DNA from: Candidatus Eiseniibacteriota bacterium | GTDB taxonomy: Bacteria > Eisenbacteria > RBG-16-71-46 | DNA: 64,000 bases | Reading direction: 5' to 3' | Assembly: GCA_963707915.1 (NCBI GenBank) | Contig: OY970178.1 | Location: 3,456,001-3,520,000, forward strand | In this document: positions 21,307-31,917 of the stretch, in pieces | How positions within the stretch are numbered: position 1 is the first letter of the stretch | Layout: the number at the start of each line of letters is the position of its first letter | Made by a program: the position numbers and the translations under genes | The notes under the pieces: model-generated | What the model was told of the DNA's origin: nothing | The model's input: only the letters and a program-made list of their open reading frames with translations | Databases searched by the model: none

Positions 21307-21335
21307 GGAACCCCAATCCACGGGCGGGGTAGTAA
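21307..21335 (+). promoter_or_regulatory. Candidate ECF-sigma autoregulatory promoter
   Basis: GGAAC-N17-GTA(GTAA) directly upstream of the ECF sigma gene. Confidence 0.35.
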
Positions 21336-21353
21336 CGATGGGCGAGGAGCCTG

Positions 21354-21977
21354 TTGCCGACTGACCGAGACGCATCGGCGCCTCCGATCCTGAGCCTCTC
21401 GGACGAGGATCTCATGGACCGGGTGGCGGTGGACGACCAGAGAGCGTTCCCTGAGCTCGTGCGTCGTTTCCAGGGCCGGGTCACCAATCTGGTGAGCCGG
21501 GTCCTGAACGATCGGGAATGCGCCGACGACCTGGCGCAGGAAGTCTTCGTGCGGGTGTTCGTGCACCGCCGAAACTACCGGCACGGGTCGAAGTTCTCGA
21601 CCTGGGTCTTCACGATCGCCGCCAACCTCGCGAAGAACGAGATCCGGCGGCGGGTCCGCAGACGCAACTGGTTCAGCCTGGATGCGCTGGAAGAGACGTT
21701 GAAGGACCGTGCGATCCAGCTCGCGGATACCACGGAAGGTCGGGAGACGACGCTCGAGCGGGAGCAACTCCAGGACGCCGTGGGGCGGGCGATCGCGACG
21801 GTGCCGGAGAAGTACCGGCTGGCCCTGGTCCTGAGGGACATCGAGGGCCTGCCTTACGAGGAGATCGCACAGGTGCTGGGAATCCCGGGCGGGACGGTGC
21901 GCTCGCGCATCAACCGCGCCCGGGGCATGCTCAAGCACAAGCTTCAACCGCTGCTCGCGAAAGCAGGAGACCCATGA
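21354..21977 (+). CDS. ECF RNA polymerase sigma factor (RpoE/SigW-like)
   Basis: DDLAQEVFVRV, FSTWVFTIAAN, YEEIAQVLGIPGGTVRSRINRAR. Confidence 0.93.
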   Translation: MPTDRDASAPPILSLSDEDLMDRVAVDDQRAFPELVRRFQGRVTNLVSRVLNDRECADDLAQEVFVRVFVHRRNYRHGSKFSTWVFTIAANLAKNEIRRRVRRRNWFSLDALEETLKDRAIQLADTTEGRETTLEREQLQDAVGRAIATVPEKYRLALVLRDIEGLPYEEIAQVLGIPGGTVRSRINRARGMLKHKLQPLLAKAGDP

Positions 21978-22549
21978 TCTGCAAACGGGCCCGGCACCTC
22001 TTCGGGGCCTGCTGGGATGACGAGCTCACGCAGGCCGAGCGGGACGGGCTCGAGAGCCACCTCGCCTCGTGCCCGGCGTGCCGTGCGGAGTACGACGATT
22101 TCTCCCGCACCCTCGAGCTGGCGGCCTCGCTTCCCAGGATCGACGCCTCCGCCGACTTCGCGGACCGGGTGCTGGCGCGCGCGCGCCGCGCCACGACCGC
22201 GCCGGACCTCGTCCGTGGGACCGGCGCGCGCTGGGTGCCCGCCGCCGTGGCGGCCGCGGCGGCCGTGCTGGTCATCGCCGCCGTGCTGGTCGGGCCGAAC
22301 CTCCGCTGGAAGTCGCCGGCCTCGAGCCAGGCCCCGCGGGTCGTCGAGATCAACGGGCCGCGGGAGCCGCGCTTCGCACCGCAGGCCGACCTGGAGCCGG
22401 GGGCTCGCCGTCCGGAGGCCCGCCGGGGGGACGATGAGAGCCTGTTCGATCCGGACAAGAACGTCGAGTTCGTGCTCGGCTCGGTCGAGGTGGGTGGCGG
22501 CCGGGTCAAGCGGGACCCCGAGGGACAGCAACCGATCATCACCTTCTAA
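21974..22549 (+). CDS. Zinc-binding (ZAS/zf-HC2) transmembrane anti-sigma factor
   Basis: HLASCPAC (HxxxCxxC) motif, single hydrophobic segment, ATGA coupling to the sigma gene. Confidence 0.88.
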   Translation: MICKRARHLFGACWDDELTQAERDGLESHLASCPACRAEYDDFSRTLELAASLPRIDASADFADRVLARARRATTAPDLVRGTGARWVPAAVAAAAAVLVIAAVLVGPNLRWKSPASSQAPRVVEINGPREPRFAPQADLEPGARRPEARRGDDESLFDPDKNVEFVLGSVEVGGGRVKRDPEGQQPIITF

Positions 22550-22567
22550 GCGAAGGCATCCGCCGGG

Positions 22568-23701
22568 ATGACGAAAAGAGGCTATCGCGCGGGGCGCCGG
22601 GCGGCCTGGCTGGCCGGCATTTTGGTGTTGCTCCTCGCCCCCTCTGCCCGCCCCCAGGCTGCGCCGTCCGCTCCGCCCGATGGCGTCGAAGCGATCGCAA
22701 ACCAGGCCGCGCGCAGTGTGGTCACGGTCTCCGCCCAGCGCACCGAGCCCCGCAGCCGGCCCCGCCCCGCGCGTTCCGCTCCCCGCGTGTACACCTCGGT
22801 CGGCTCGGGCGTGGCGGTGGAGGAGAACGTCATCCTCACCACCGCGAGCGTCGTGCTGGGCTCCGAGCGCATCGTCGTGCGCACCGCCAACGGCCTCGAG
22901 GCGGAAGCGCAACTGGCCGGCATGGACCTCATCTTCAACGTGGCCATGCTCCGGGTGCCGGACCTGCAGATCCCGTGGCTCAAGCCCGCCGCGGTCCCGG
23001 CCCAGCTCGGCGACCGGGTGATCGTGGTGGGGACCTCCTACCGGGCCCAGTCCACGCAGTCTGTCGGCATGGTCGAGTTCGTCTACCGGGAGCCGCGCAC
23101 TTCGCTCCTGCAGCTCACCAACATCGTCTACCCCGGCAACAGCGGGGGGGCGGCGCTCAATCCCCGGGGCGAGCTGGTGGGGATCGTGCAGGGCGAACTC
23201 GGCGCGCCCGACCCCGGCATCGGCGGGACCGCCGACCGCCGGCCGGGCGGGAGCAGCATCGTGATGCCCATCCGGCAGGTGTGGCCCGTCTACGAGAGCC
23301 TCAAGCGGGACGGGCGCATGCACCACGGCTACCTGGGCGTCAGCACGCGGGCGGAAGCGGTGCGCAGCGAGATCGACAGCGCGGTGGTGGCGCTAGGCGC
23401 CAGGGTCGAGAGCGTGCAGGCCGGCGGTCCGGCGGAGCGCGTGGGGCTCAGGCCCCGGGACCTCATCGTGGGCTTCGAGAGCGAGCGGGTCGAGTACCCC
23501 GAGCAACTGGCGCGCTGGGTGGCCGAGACCCCCCCCGGCACGGCCGTGACCCTGGTCTGGGTCCATGGCGACGAGCGGCGCTCCGGACGCGTGGCCCTGG
23601 CCGAATCGCGCGATTCGCTCCCGGCCTGGGCGCTGGGCGGCTTGCGCGGGTCCCCGAAGCCGAGCCCGGCACCCGCCGCGGGCGGCAGCCGGCGGCGTTG
23701 A
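22568..23701 (+). CDS. HtrA/DegP-like trypsin + PDZ protein, catalytic triad degenerate
   Basis: GSGV, PGNSGGA and GYLGV PDZ entry present; TTASVV replaces TNxHVV. Confidence 0.82.
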   Translation: MTKRGYRAGRRAAWLAGILVLLLAPSARPQAAPSAPPDGVEAIANQAARSVVTVSAQRTEPRSRPRPARSAPRVYTSVGSGVAVEENVILTTASVVLGSERIVVRTANGLEAEAQLAGMDLIFNVAMLRVPDLQIPWLKPAAVPAQLGDRVIVVGTSYRAQSTQSVGMVEFVYREPRTSLLQLTNIVYPGNSGGAALNPRGELVGIVQGELGAPDPGIGGTADRRPGGSSIVMPIRQVWPVYESLKRDGRMHHGYLGVSTRAEAVRSEIDSAVVALGARVESVQAGGPAERVGLRPRDLIVGFESERVEYPEQLARWVAETPPGTAVTLVWVHGDERRSGRVALAESRDSLPAWALGGLRGSPKPSPAPAAGGSRRR

Positions 23702-23789
23702 AGTCGCGGCGCTGGCCCCGGCCGCTGCGGTCGCCGCAGGCTCCCCGCGGCCCTTCGCGCCCGCCGGATTGAGCCCTATACTGCGCGGC

Positions 23790-24893
23790 ATGGCTGACCT
23801 GCTGTTGCGCTACCCCGCCACCCGCGCCAGTTCGCGGGTGCGCATCGCGCGTGGCGGGCTCGACCGGCTCGGCGCGTTCGTGCGCGCAGCCATCGGCGCC
23901 AGGCGCGTCGTGGTGGTGAGCGATGCCCGGGTGGCGCGGCTCTACGGAGCGCGGGCCCTGCGCTCGTTGCGGGCCGCCGGGTGCGCGGCCGACCTGTTGC
24001 GGGTGCCGCCCGGGGAGGGCTCGAAGAGCCTCCCGCGCCTCGCCCTGCTGTGGGAGCGTTGCGCGGCGCTCGGGCTCGAGCGTGCCGACGCCGTGGTCGC
24101 CCTCGGTGGTGGCGTCACCGGCGACCTCGCCGGGTTCCTCGCCGCCACCTGGCTGCGGGGCGTGCCCTGGGTGGGCGTGCCGACCTCGCTCCTCGCGCAG
24201 GTGGACAGCAGCGTGGGGGGCAAGACCGCGGTGAACCTGCCGGCCGGGAAGAACCTCGTGGGGGCCTTCCATCAGCCGGCAGGCGTGCTGGTGGATCCGG
24301 ATGTCCTGGGAACGCTGCCCGTCCGCCATCGCCGGGCGGGCCTCGCCGAGGTGGTGAAGTTGGGGCTCGCGGTGGATGCGCCGCTCTTCGCCTGGCTCGA
24401 ACGCAACGCCGAGGCCCTCGCGGCCGGCGACCCGGGGACGCTCGCCGGGGCCGTCACCCGCGCAATCCGGGCCAAGGCCCGCGTCGTGCTCGCCGACGAG
24501 CGGGAGCGCGCCGGCGGGCCCCGCACCGCCCTCAACCTCGGGCACACGACCGGCCACGCGCTCGAAGTGGTGACCGGGTACCGCGTGCTCCTGCATGGGG
24601 AGGCGGTGGCGCTGGGGCTGCGTGTGGCCACGGCGCTGTCGGCGAGCGTGGCGGGGTTGCGCCTCGAGGACCGGGTCCGCGTGGAGGTGCTGCTCGACCT
24701 GTTCGGGCTGCCCTGGAAGGTCCCGCCGGTCCCGGTGGGACGCCTGCTGGCTGCCATGCGGTCCGACAAGAAGCGTTCGGGGCGGATGACCCGGTGGGTA
24801 TTGACGCCCCGGATGGGCCATGCTAGCGTCCCGCGCTTGGTTTCCGGGCGGCTGGTGCGTGTCGCCCTGCTGGAGGCCGGAGCCGTGGGATGA
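23790..24893 (+). CDS. aroB: 3-dehydroquinate synthase
   Basis: LGGGVTGDLAGF, PTSLLAQVDSSVGGKT, LNLGHTTGHALE, HGEAV. Confidence 0.95.
   Translation: MADLLLRYPATRASSRVRIARGGLDRLGAFVRAAIGARRVVVVSDARVARLYGARALRSLRAAGCAADLLRVPPGEGSKSLPRLALLWERCAALGLERADAVVALGGGVTGDLAGFLAATWLRGVPWVGVPTSLLAQVDSSVGGKTAVNLPAGKNLVGAFHQPAGVLVDPDVLGTLPVRHRRAGLAEVVKLGLAVDAPLFAWLERNAEALAAGDPGTLAGAVTRAIRAKARVVLADERERAGGPRTALNLGHTTGHALEVVTGYRVLLHGEAVALGLRVATALSASVAGLRLEDRVRVEVLLDLFGLPWKVPPVPVGRLLAAMRSDKKRSGRMTRWVLTPRMGHASVPRLVSGRLVRVALLEAGAVG
24801..24829 (+). promoter_or_regulatory. Internal sigma70 promoter for aroQ-accB
   Basis: TTGACG-N17-TAGCGT with extended TG, inside the aroB 3' end. Confidence 0.55.
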
Positions 24894-25348
24894 GCCCCAA
24901 AGTGAAGCGAATCCTCGTTCTGCACGGACCGAACCTCAACGCGCTGGGGACACGGGAGCCGGCGGTCTATGGCCGGGCGACCCTGGATGACATCCGCGGC
25001 CTCCTCGAGACCCTCGCCCGGCAGCTGGGGTGCGAGGTCGAGTGCCGGCAGAGCAACCACGAGGGTGTGCTGATCGACGCTCTTCACTCGGCGAAAGGCA
25101 GCGCGGACGGGGTGCTCCTCAACCCGGGCGGGCTGACCCACACGAGCGTTTCGCTGAGGGACGCGGTGCTGGCGGCCGGGATCCCCGTGGTCGAGGTTCA
25201 CCTGAGCAATCCCTACGCTCGCGAGACGTTTCGGCACACTTCATTGATCTCCGGGGCCGCCGTCGGGGTGGTCCAGGGTTTCGGCCCAGCGGGCTACGAA
25301 CTGGCACTGCGCGGGCTGATGGGAGTCCTCTCCCGTGACCAAGCCTAA
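24890..25348 (+). CDS. aroQ: Type II 3-dehydroquinate dehydratase
   Basis: LHGPNLN.LG.REP.VYG, QSNHEG, EVHLSN. Confidence 0.96.
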   Translation: MSPKVKRILVLHGPNLNALGTREPAVYGRATLDDIRGLLETLARQLGCEVECRQSNHEGVLIDALHSAKGSADGVLLNPGGLTHTSVSLRDAVLAAGIPVVEVHLSNPYARETFRHTSLISGAAVGVVQGFGPAGYELALRGLMGVLSRDQA

Positions 25349-25916
25349 CCGTTTGCGTGGCAAGGCCAAGAAGACGAGTCCGCCTCCGGCGGACAAAGCC
25401 GTGAAGCCGGCCCCCCCGGGGACCGATAACGCCGGTGGTGCCATGCTGGGTGTGGTGGGGTTGACCGAACTCCGTCAGCTCATCCGCCTCGTGCAGCGCA
25501 CCGGCATCGGCGAACTCGAGGTCAGCTCCGGGGACCGGACGGTGCGCATCGCCGCCCATTCCCAGCTCCCGGTGAACGTGGGTCTCTCCTCCGCGGCGGC
25601 TTTCGCCCCCGCGCTGGAGCGGCCGGCGCCAACCGCGGCAGTGACGGCGCCGTCCGCCCCGCTGTTGACCGATAACCTCGCCGCGATCACGTCCCCCATG
25701 GTCGGGACCTTCTACCGGGCTCCGGCCCCGGACGCGGATCCGTACGTCGAGCTGGGCGACATCGTCGAGGTGGGGCAGACCGTCTGCATCATCGAGGCGA
25801 TGAAGCTCATGAACGAGATCGAATCCGAGCACCGGGGACGAGTGGTGAAGATCCTGGTCGAGAACGCCCAGCCGGTCGAGTTCGGGCAGAAGCTGTTCCT
25901 GATCGAGCCCGCGTGA
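25335..25916 (+). CDS. accB: Acetyl-CoA carboxylase biotin carboxyl carrier protein
   Basis: SPMVGTFY, EAMKLMNEI biotinylation motif. Confidence 0.95.
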   Translation: MTKPNRLRGKAKKTSPPPADKAVKPAPPGTDNAGGAMLGVVGLTELRQLIRLVQRTGIGELEVSSGDRTVRIAAHSQLPVNVGLSSAAAFAPALERPAPTAAVTAPSAPLLTDNLAAITSPMVGTFYRAPAPDADPYVELGDIVEVGQTVCIIEAMKLMNEIESEHRGRVVKILVENAQPVEFGQKLFLIEPA

Positions 25917-25947
25917 GCCCGGACCGGGCGCACGAAGGGTGCCGTCC

Positions 25948-27147
25948 ATGAACATCCGCACCGTGCTCGAGAAGATGATCGCGGCCCACGCCAGCGACCT
26001 GCACCTGAAGGCCGGGACCGCGCCCGTGGTGCGCGTGGACGGCGTCCTCTACACCCTCGAGGAGAGCTCGCCGTCGGCGCCCGAGCTGCGCGACGTGGTG
26101 GACCAGTTGCTCAACGACGAGCAGCGGCTCTACTTCTCGACCCACAGCGAGATCGACTTCGCCTTCGGGGTCTCGGGCCTGGCCCGCTTCCGCGCCAATT
26201 GCTTCATGCAGCGCGGCACGCCGGCGCTGGCGCTGCGCCACGTGCCGGTCGAGGTGCCGAGCATCGAGGACCTGACGCTGCCCCCGATCGTGCGCGAGCT
26301 GGCGTTCCAGCCGCGCGGGCTGGTGCTGGTCACCGGGCGCACCGGCTCGGGCAAGTCCACGACGCTGGCCGCCATGATCGACGCCGTCAACCGGGTCACG
26401 ACCCGCAACATCATCACCATCGAGGACCCGATCGAGTTCCTGCACCGCGACCGCCTGTCCTTCATCCACCAGCGCGAGGTGGGCCTGGACACGCGCTCGT
26501 TCCACGACGGCCTCAAGTACGTGCTGCGCCAGGACCCCGACATCATCCTGGTCGGCGAGATCCGCGACCTGGAGACGATGAGCACCACGTTGATGGCCGC
26601 GGACACCGGGCACCTGGTGCTCTCGACCCTGCACACCACGGACGTCGTGCAGACGCTGCAGCGGATCATCTCCTTCTACCCGCCGCACCAGCACGACGAA
26701 CTGCGCCTGTCCATGGCCTCGAACCTGCGGGCGGTGATCTCCCAGCGCCTCATCCCGCGGCGCGACGGGGCTGGCCGCGTGCCGGCGATCGAGGTCATGA
26801 CCGGCACGCCGACGGTGCGCGAGTACATCATGAACCCGGACAAGACCCCGCTGCTCCGCGCGCTGATCGCGGAAGGCATGACCCAGTACGGGATGCAGAC
26901 CTTCGACCAGTCCATCATGGGCCTGCTGCGCGAAGGGTTGATCAGCGAGGAAGAAGCGCTCAAGAACGCGAACAACCCGAACGAGCTGGCGCTCAAGCTC
27001 AAGGGCATCGACGCCTCGTCCGACCGCACGTGGCAGCCGGTCCAGGGGACCGGGACCTCGCCCGGGGCGGGCGGGGGGGGCGCCAGCGGCGAGGGCGCCG
27101 CGCGCGGCGCCGTGGCCGTCCCACCCAACGAGGGGTTCCTGAACTGA
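25948..27147 (+). CDS. PilT/PilU-family type IV pilus retraction-type ATPase
   Basis: [55 protein letters not shown]. Confidence 0.93.
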   Translation: MNIRTVLEKMIAAHASDLHLKAGTAPVVRVDGVLYTLEESSPSAPELRDVVDQLLNDEQRLYFSTHSEIDFAFGVSGLARFRANCFMQRGTPALALRHVPVEVPSIEDLTLPPIVRELAFQPRGLVLVTGRTGSGKSTTLAAMIDAVNRVTTRNIITIEDPIEFLHRDRLSFIHQREVGLDTRSFHDGLKYVLRQDPDIILVGEIRDLETMSTTLMAADTGHLVLSTLHTTDVVQTLQRIISFYPPHQHDELRLSMASNLRAVISQRLIPRRDGAGRVPAIEVMTGTPTVREYIMNPDKTPLLRALIAEGMTQYGMQTFDQSIMGLLREGLISEEEALKNANNPNELALKLKGIDASSDRTWQPVQGTGTSPGAGGGGASGEGAARGAVAVPPNEGFLN

Positions 27148-28532
27148 TGTTCCGCAAGGTCCTGGTGGCGAATCGGGGAGAGATCGCGCTGCGCATCATC
27201 CGCGCCTGCCGCGAGCTCCGGATCTCGACGGTGGCGGTCTTCAGCACGGCCGACCGCGACAGCCTGCACGTGCGGCTGGCGGACGAGTCGGTGTGCATCG
27301 GACCGCCCCCGCCCGTGCAGTCCTACAACCACATCGCGCGGCTGATCTCGGCGGCCGAGATCGCGGGCGCCGACGCCATCCACCCGGGCTACGGATTCCT
27401 CGCCGAGAACGCGCACTTCGCCGACGTCTGCGAGTCCTGCGGCTTCACCTTCATCGGCCCGACCGCCGAGATGATCCGCCGGATGGGGGACAAGATCGAG
27501 GCGCGCCGCACCATGAAGGATGCCGGCCTGCCGGTCGTGCCGGGCAGCGAGGGTGCGGTCCCCGACGTCGAGGAGGCGATCTCCCTGGCGCGCGACATCG
27601 GTTTCCCGGTCATCATCAAGGCCGCGGCGGGCGGTGGCGGACGGGGCATGCGCGTGGCGTGGGACGAGAAGCAGTTGCGCCTGGGCTTCGGGGTCGCGCA
27701 GGCGGAGGCGGGCGCGGCCTTCAGCAACAACGTGGTCTACCTGGAGAAGTACATCGCCCGTCCGCGCCACATCGAGTTCCAGTTGTTCGGCGACACCCAC
27801 GGCAACCTGGTCCACCTGGGCGAGCGCGAGTGCTCGGTGCAGCGGAACCACCAGAAGCTCATCGAGGAGGCGCCGAGCCCGCTCCTGACGGAGGAGCAGC
27901 GCCGGACCATCGGCGCGCTGGCCGTGCGCGGCGCCCGGTCCATCGGCTACCGGGGCGCGGGCACCATGGAGTTCCTGTTCGACCAGGACGGCACCTACCA
28001 CTTCATGGAGATGAACACGCGCATCCAGGTCGAACACCCGGTCACCGAGGAGGTGACCGGCCTGGACCTGGTGAAGGAGCAGATCCTGGTGGCGGCGGGC
28101 GAGAAGCTCTCGATCCGGCAGGAGGACGTGCGCTGGGAGGGGCACGCCTTCGAGTGCCGCATCAACGCGGAAGACCACGAGCACGGCTTCCGGCCGAGCC
28201 CCGGCGCGATCACCTACTTCTACCGCCCCGGCGGACCCGGCCTGCGCATGGACAGCCACGTCTACGCCGGCTACACCGTGCCGCCGTTCTACGACTCGAT
28301 GATCGGCAAGCTCATCGCGCGCGGGAAGGACCGACCCGAGGCGCTGCGCCGCATGGAGATCGCGCTCGAGGAGCTGATCGTGGAGGGCATCAAGACCACG
28401 ATCCCCTTCCATCTCCTCGCGGTCCGCGACCCGGCGTTCCAGCGGGGCGACCTCGACACGCACTTCGTCGAGCGGCTGCTCGGGCCGGCGCTCGCGCCCG
28501 CGCGGGCCGCCGCCGCCGCCGCCGCGGGCTAG
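27147..28532 (+). CDS. accC: Biotin carboxylase
   Basis: [43 protein letters not shown]. Confidence 0.96.
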   Translation: MFRKVLVANRGEIALRIIRACRELRISTVAVFSTADRDSLHVRLADESVCIGPPPPVQSYNHIARLISAAEIAGADAIHPGYGFLAENAHFADVCESCGFTFIGPTAEMIRRMGDKIEARRTMKDAGLPVVPGSEGAVPDVEEAISLARDIGFPVIIKAAAGGGGRGMRVAWDEKQLRLGFGVAQAEAGAAFSNNVVYLEKYIARPRHIEFQLFGDTHGNLVHLGERECSVQRNHQKLIEEAPSPLLTEEQRRTIGALAVRGARSIGYRGAGTMEFLFDQDGTYHFMEMNTRIQVEHPVTEEVTGLDLVKEQILVAAGEKLSIRQEDVRWEGHAFECRINAEDHEHGFRPSPGAITYFYRPGGPGLRMDSHVYAGYTVPPFYDSMIGKLIARGKDRPEALRRMEIALEELIVEGIKTTIPFHLLAVRDPAFQRGDLDTHFVERLLGPALAPARAAAAAAAG

Positions 28533-28548
28533 CCCGCCGCACCGCATC

Positions 28549-29238
28549 GTGCCGGCGCAGGTCGCCGTCCTGCTCACCCCCGGGGACGGGACCGTGCCCG
28601 CGGGGGCCACCGCCGTGGTGGTGGACGTGCTGCGCGCCACCACCGTCCTCACGATGGCGCGCCTGCACGGGGCGCGCGCGATCCTCGCCGCCGGCACGCC
28701 CGGGGACGCCCTGGCGCTGCGCGCCCGGTTCCCCGGCGCCCTGCTGTGCGGCGAGCGCGACGGGCGCCGGATCGAGGGCTTCGACCTCGGCAACTCGCCC
28801 TTCGAGTACGGCCCGGAGACCGTCGGCGGCCGTACGCTGGTCTTCGCCTCCACGAACGGCTCGCAGGCGCTGCTCGCCGCGGGCCCCGCGCGGCGGCGGG
28901 TGCTCGGCGCCTTCGTCAACGCGAGCGCGGTGCTCGAAGCGGTGGCCGCGGACCGGCGCGTCGCCGTCGTGTGCGCGGGCAAGCTGGGCGGCTACGCGCT
29001 CGAGGACGCCGCCCTCGCCGGCTGGCTGGTGGAGCGGCTGGCCGCGCGCGGCGCGCTCGTCCGTGGCGCCGCGGCGGCGTTCGCGCGCCGCATCGCCCCG
29101 CGCGACGCGGCCGAGGTGCGCGCGCTGGTGCAGGGCTCCGCGCACGGGCGCACCCTGCGTGCCATGGGCGCGGGGTACGCGCGCGACGTGGAGTTCTGCG
29201 CCGGGCTCGACACGATCGCGCGGGCGTTCGAGGCCTGA
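28549..29238 (+). CDS. comB: 2-phosphosulfolactate phosphatase family protein
   Basis: VVDVLRATT, CGERDG, FDLGNSP, STNGS, LED motifs. Confidence 0.9.
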   Translation: MPAQVAVLLTPGDGTVPAGATAVVVDVLRATTVLTMARLHGARAILAAGTPGDALALRARFPGALLCGERDGRRIEGFDLGNSPFEYGPETVGGRTLVFASTNGSQALLAAGPARRRVLGAFVNASAVLEAVAADRRVAVVCAGKLGGYALEDAALAGWLVERLAARGALVRGAAAAFARRIAPRDAAEVRALVQGSAHGRTLRAMGAGYARDVEFCAGLDTIARAFEA

Positions 29239-29240
29239 GC

Positions 29241-29273
29241 CGGGGCGGGGGAGGCGCCCGGCCCCCCGCCCCG
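29241..29273. terminator. GC hairpin between convergent comB and lptG
   Basis: CGGGGCGGGGG ... CCCCCGCCCCG inverted repeat; no U-tract. Confidence 0.5.
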
Positions 29274-29274
29274 C

Positions 29275-30354
29275 CTACCGGCCCTGGGCCCGGGTCATCA
29301 TGACGGCGCCCACCGCGCCGAAGACCAGGTCCCCCAGCCAGCCGGCCAGGTACGGGTTCAGCACGCCGGCGTGCCCCAGCGCCTGCCCGGTGCGCAGCAG
29401 GGCGTAGTAGCAGAAGGAGATGACGATCGAGAGCCCGAAGCCGAGCGCGGCGCTCTGCAGCCGCAGGCGCGTGGCCACTGGTGCGCCGATCAACACCACG
29501 ATCAGGTTGACCAGCGGGAAGGCCAGCTTCACCTGCAGGTCCACCAGGTAGTTCGCCACGCGTGCCCCGCTGGCGTGCAGCTTCTGCACGTAGGACCACA
29601 ACTCGAAGAAGTTCATCTCGGCGGGGTTGCGGGTCTCCTTGGCGAAGTCGGCCGGCTGCTCTTCGATCCCGTTCACCGCCATGCGGTCGAAGGCCTTCAC
29701 CCGCTCCCGGTTGTCCCGGAACTCCCGCAGGAAGCCCGAGGAGAACACCCAGCGCTTCCCGTCCCAGCTGGCCTCGGCGGCGTCGAGGCGCCGCACCAGG
29801 GCCCCGGCGCGAAACTCCTGGAGCGAGACCTCGTGCATGCGCTTCTCGCCCACCAGATACAGCCGCATGTAGAAGATGCGGCCGCCCTCGCCCAGGTACG
29901 TGACGTCGGCCCGCTCGGTCACCGGCTCGCGCCGCATGCCCTGGAGCTCCTGGTCGTAGATCTCGTCCCGCTGCCGGTTCGTCTCCAGCACGACGGATTC
30001 GCCCAGCGCGAGCGAGAGCAGCGTGGCCGCCACCGACACCGCCAGCACCGGCGCGAGGATGCCCATCAGCGAGCGCCCGGAGGTGAGCATCGCGGTCAGC
30101 TCGCCGAACTTGTTGAGCTGGCCCAGCGAGAGGAAGGTGGCCATCAACAGCGCGATCGGGAGCACCTGCACCAGCCACTCGGGCAGGCGGTAGAGGTAGT
30201 ACCGCGCGATCAGCGAGAAGGCGGCGTGGTGGTCGAGGAACACGTCGATCTTCTCGAAGACGTCCACCACCATGAAGATGGCGAGGATGCCGACCAGCCC
30301 GAGGGCGAGGTAGCCGGCGAACTCCCGGAGCAGGTAGCGGTCGAGCAATCTCAC
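29275..30354 (-). CDS. lptG: LPS export ABC permease, LptG-like
   Basis: RLLDRYLLREF start, GELTAM..SG, 3+3 TM layout, AGWL.DLVF. Confidence 0.85.
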   Translation of the reverse strand: MRLLDRYLLREFAGYLALGLVGILAIFMVVDVFEKIDVFLDHHAAFSLIARYYLYRLPEWLVQVLPIALLMATFLSLGQLNKFGELTAMLTSGRSLMGILAPVLAVSVAATLLSLALGESVVLETNRQRDEIYDQELQGMRREPVTERADVTYLGEGGRIFYMRLYLVGEKRMHEVSLQEFRAGALVRRLDAAEASWDGKRWVFSSGFLREFRDNRERVKAFDRMAVNGIEEQPADFAKETRNPAEMNFFELWSYVQKLHASGARVANYLVDLQVKLAFPLVNLIVVLIGAPVATRLRLQSAALGFGLSIVISFCYYALLRTGQALGHAGVLNPYLAGWLGDLVFGAVGAVMMTRAQGR

Positions 30355-31781
30355 GCGGAGGGCCCCCCTGCGGCCGGGGCCACGGGCAGCGCAACCCGGG
30401 GGCCGCGCCGATCCCGCTCGCCGCCCGGCCGGGCGGGGGCCCGGGGCCGCCAGACCTCGATCGCCCGCAGCGTGGCCAGCACGCCCCACGTCCCGAGCAC
30501 CAGGTTCGGGAGCCACATGGCCAGCCAGGGCGGCAGCAGCAGCCGGTTGGCCAGGTCCTCGCCGCCGATCAGGCACAGGTAGTAGAAGAGGAAGAACGCC
30601 ACCGAGACGAAGGCCACCGCGGGGCCCGCGCGCCGCACCCGCATGCCGAGGGGCGCCCCGATGAAGACGAACACCACGCAGGCCGCCGGCATCGAGAACT
30701 TCTTGTGGATCTCGACCGACAGCGAACCGGCCCGCTGCCCGAGCGCCTCGCGTTCCAGCCGCCAGAGGTCCAGCTCGATGCGCACCTGGGGGCGTTCCCG
30801 CTGCACGCGCTCGAGGGCCGGGCTGCCGCCGAACAGCCCCCGCAGGTTGGTGGCCACCCGCGCCGACCACGAGAGCCCGGCGGGGATCACCCGCTCGAGA
30901 TCGCGGGCGGTGAGACCGTAGGCGGCGAAGTGCTCCAGGTGGTCCGCGGTCGAGCGCCGGTCCTGCTCGATCACCTGTTCGCGCTCCTGCGCGAGCTGGC
31001 TGACGCTCATCTCGCGGTCGCTGCGCGCCTCCCGCACGCTGCGCTCCAGGATGGCGCCCGCGCCCTGGATGTGGATGATGTGGGTCTTGAAGACCATGCG
31101 CCGGTATTTCCGGGGGCCGCCCTCGTCGGCCGGGATCTCGTGGATCTCCCCGTCCTTCAGCTCGAGCACCGCGGTCCGGCCGTCGGGGGTGTACGTCAGG
31201 AAGCCGCGCCGGGCCAGGATGAGGTTCGGCGGCCCGCCGGCGTTCATCTGGTAGATGGTCACGCCCCGCATCTCGTTGGTGCGCCCGTTCACCGACTTGA
31301 CCAGCAGGTTGTAGCCCGGGAAGTCGGTGATGAAGACGCCCTCCTGGAGCTTCACCGTGGGGCGCATGCGGCCGATATCGATGAGCAGGTTGGCGAAGGC
31401 GTGGTTGGATTCGGGCATCACCCGGTCGTTGAAGAGGGTCAGGCCCCCCGCCACCAGGGTGGCTGCGAGCGTCGGGCCGACCAGGATGGCGGCCAGGTTG
31501 ACGCCGCTGGCGCGGAGTGCGGTGATCTCGTTGTCCTGGGAGAGGCGGCCGAAGGTCATCAGCACGGCCACCAGGACCCCGCAGGGCACCGACAACGGTA
31601 CGATGTAGCCCAGGGAGAGCAGGAAGAGCTGGAGGACCGCAGGAGCGGGCACGCCCCGGTTGATGATCAGGTCCAGGTAATCGCGGAGGATGCCCGCTTC
31701 CAGCAGGAAGGTGACCACCCCGAAGCCCAGCAGTAATGGAACCAAGTGCTGCTTCAGGATGTACCAGTGGAGGATACGCAT
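30351..31781 (-). CDS. lptF: LPS export ABC permease, LptF-like
   Basis: FGRLSQDNEITALRASG, VEIHKKFSMP, AMWLPNLV. Confidence 0.85.
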   Translation of the reverse strand: MRILHWYILKQHLVPLLLGFGVVTFLLEAGILRDYLDLIINRGVPAPAVLQLFLLSLGYIVPLSVPCGVLVAVLMTFGRLSQDNEITALRASGVNLAAILVGPTLAATLVAGGLTLFNDRVMPESNHAFANLLIDIGRMRPTVKLQEGVFITDFPGYNLLVKSVNGRTNEMRGVTIYQMNAGGPPNLILARRGFLTYTPDGRTAVLELKDGEIHEIPADEGGPRKYRRMVFKTHIIHIQGAGAILERSVREARSDREMSVSQLAQEREQVIEQDRRSTADHLEHFAAYGLTARDLERVIPAGLSWSARVATNLRGLFGGSPALERVQRERPQVRIELDLWRLEREALGQRAGSLSVEIHKKFSMPAACVVFVFIGAPLGMRVRRAGPAVAFVSVAFFLFYYLCLIGGEDLANRLLLPPWLAMWLPNLVLGTWGVLATLRAIEVWRPRAPARPGGERDRRGPRVALPVAPAAGGPSA

Positions 31782-31839
31782 GGCTGCGCAGCCTACCTCA
31801 TGAGTCGGGACGGGAGCGACGCATTTCCTTCGGGCGCCT

Positions 31840-31868
31840 TTGACCGGCAGGGAGTCCCCTGCTAGGGT
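31840..31868 (+). promoter_or_regulatory. Putative sigma70 promoter for sprA
   Basis: TTGACC-N17-TAGGGT with extended TG. Confidence 0.6.
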
Positions 31869-31917
31869 CGTCCGTTGCGCCTCCGCCTATGGAGGCGCAG
31901 CCGTTTAGGTTGCCCGC

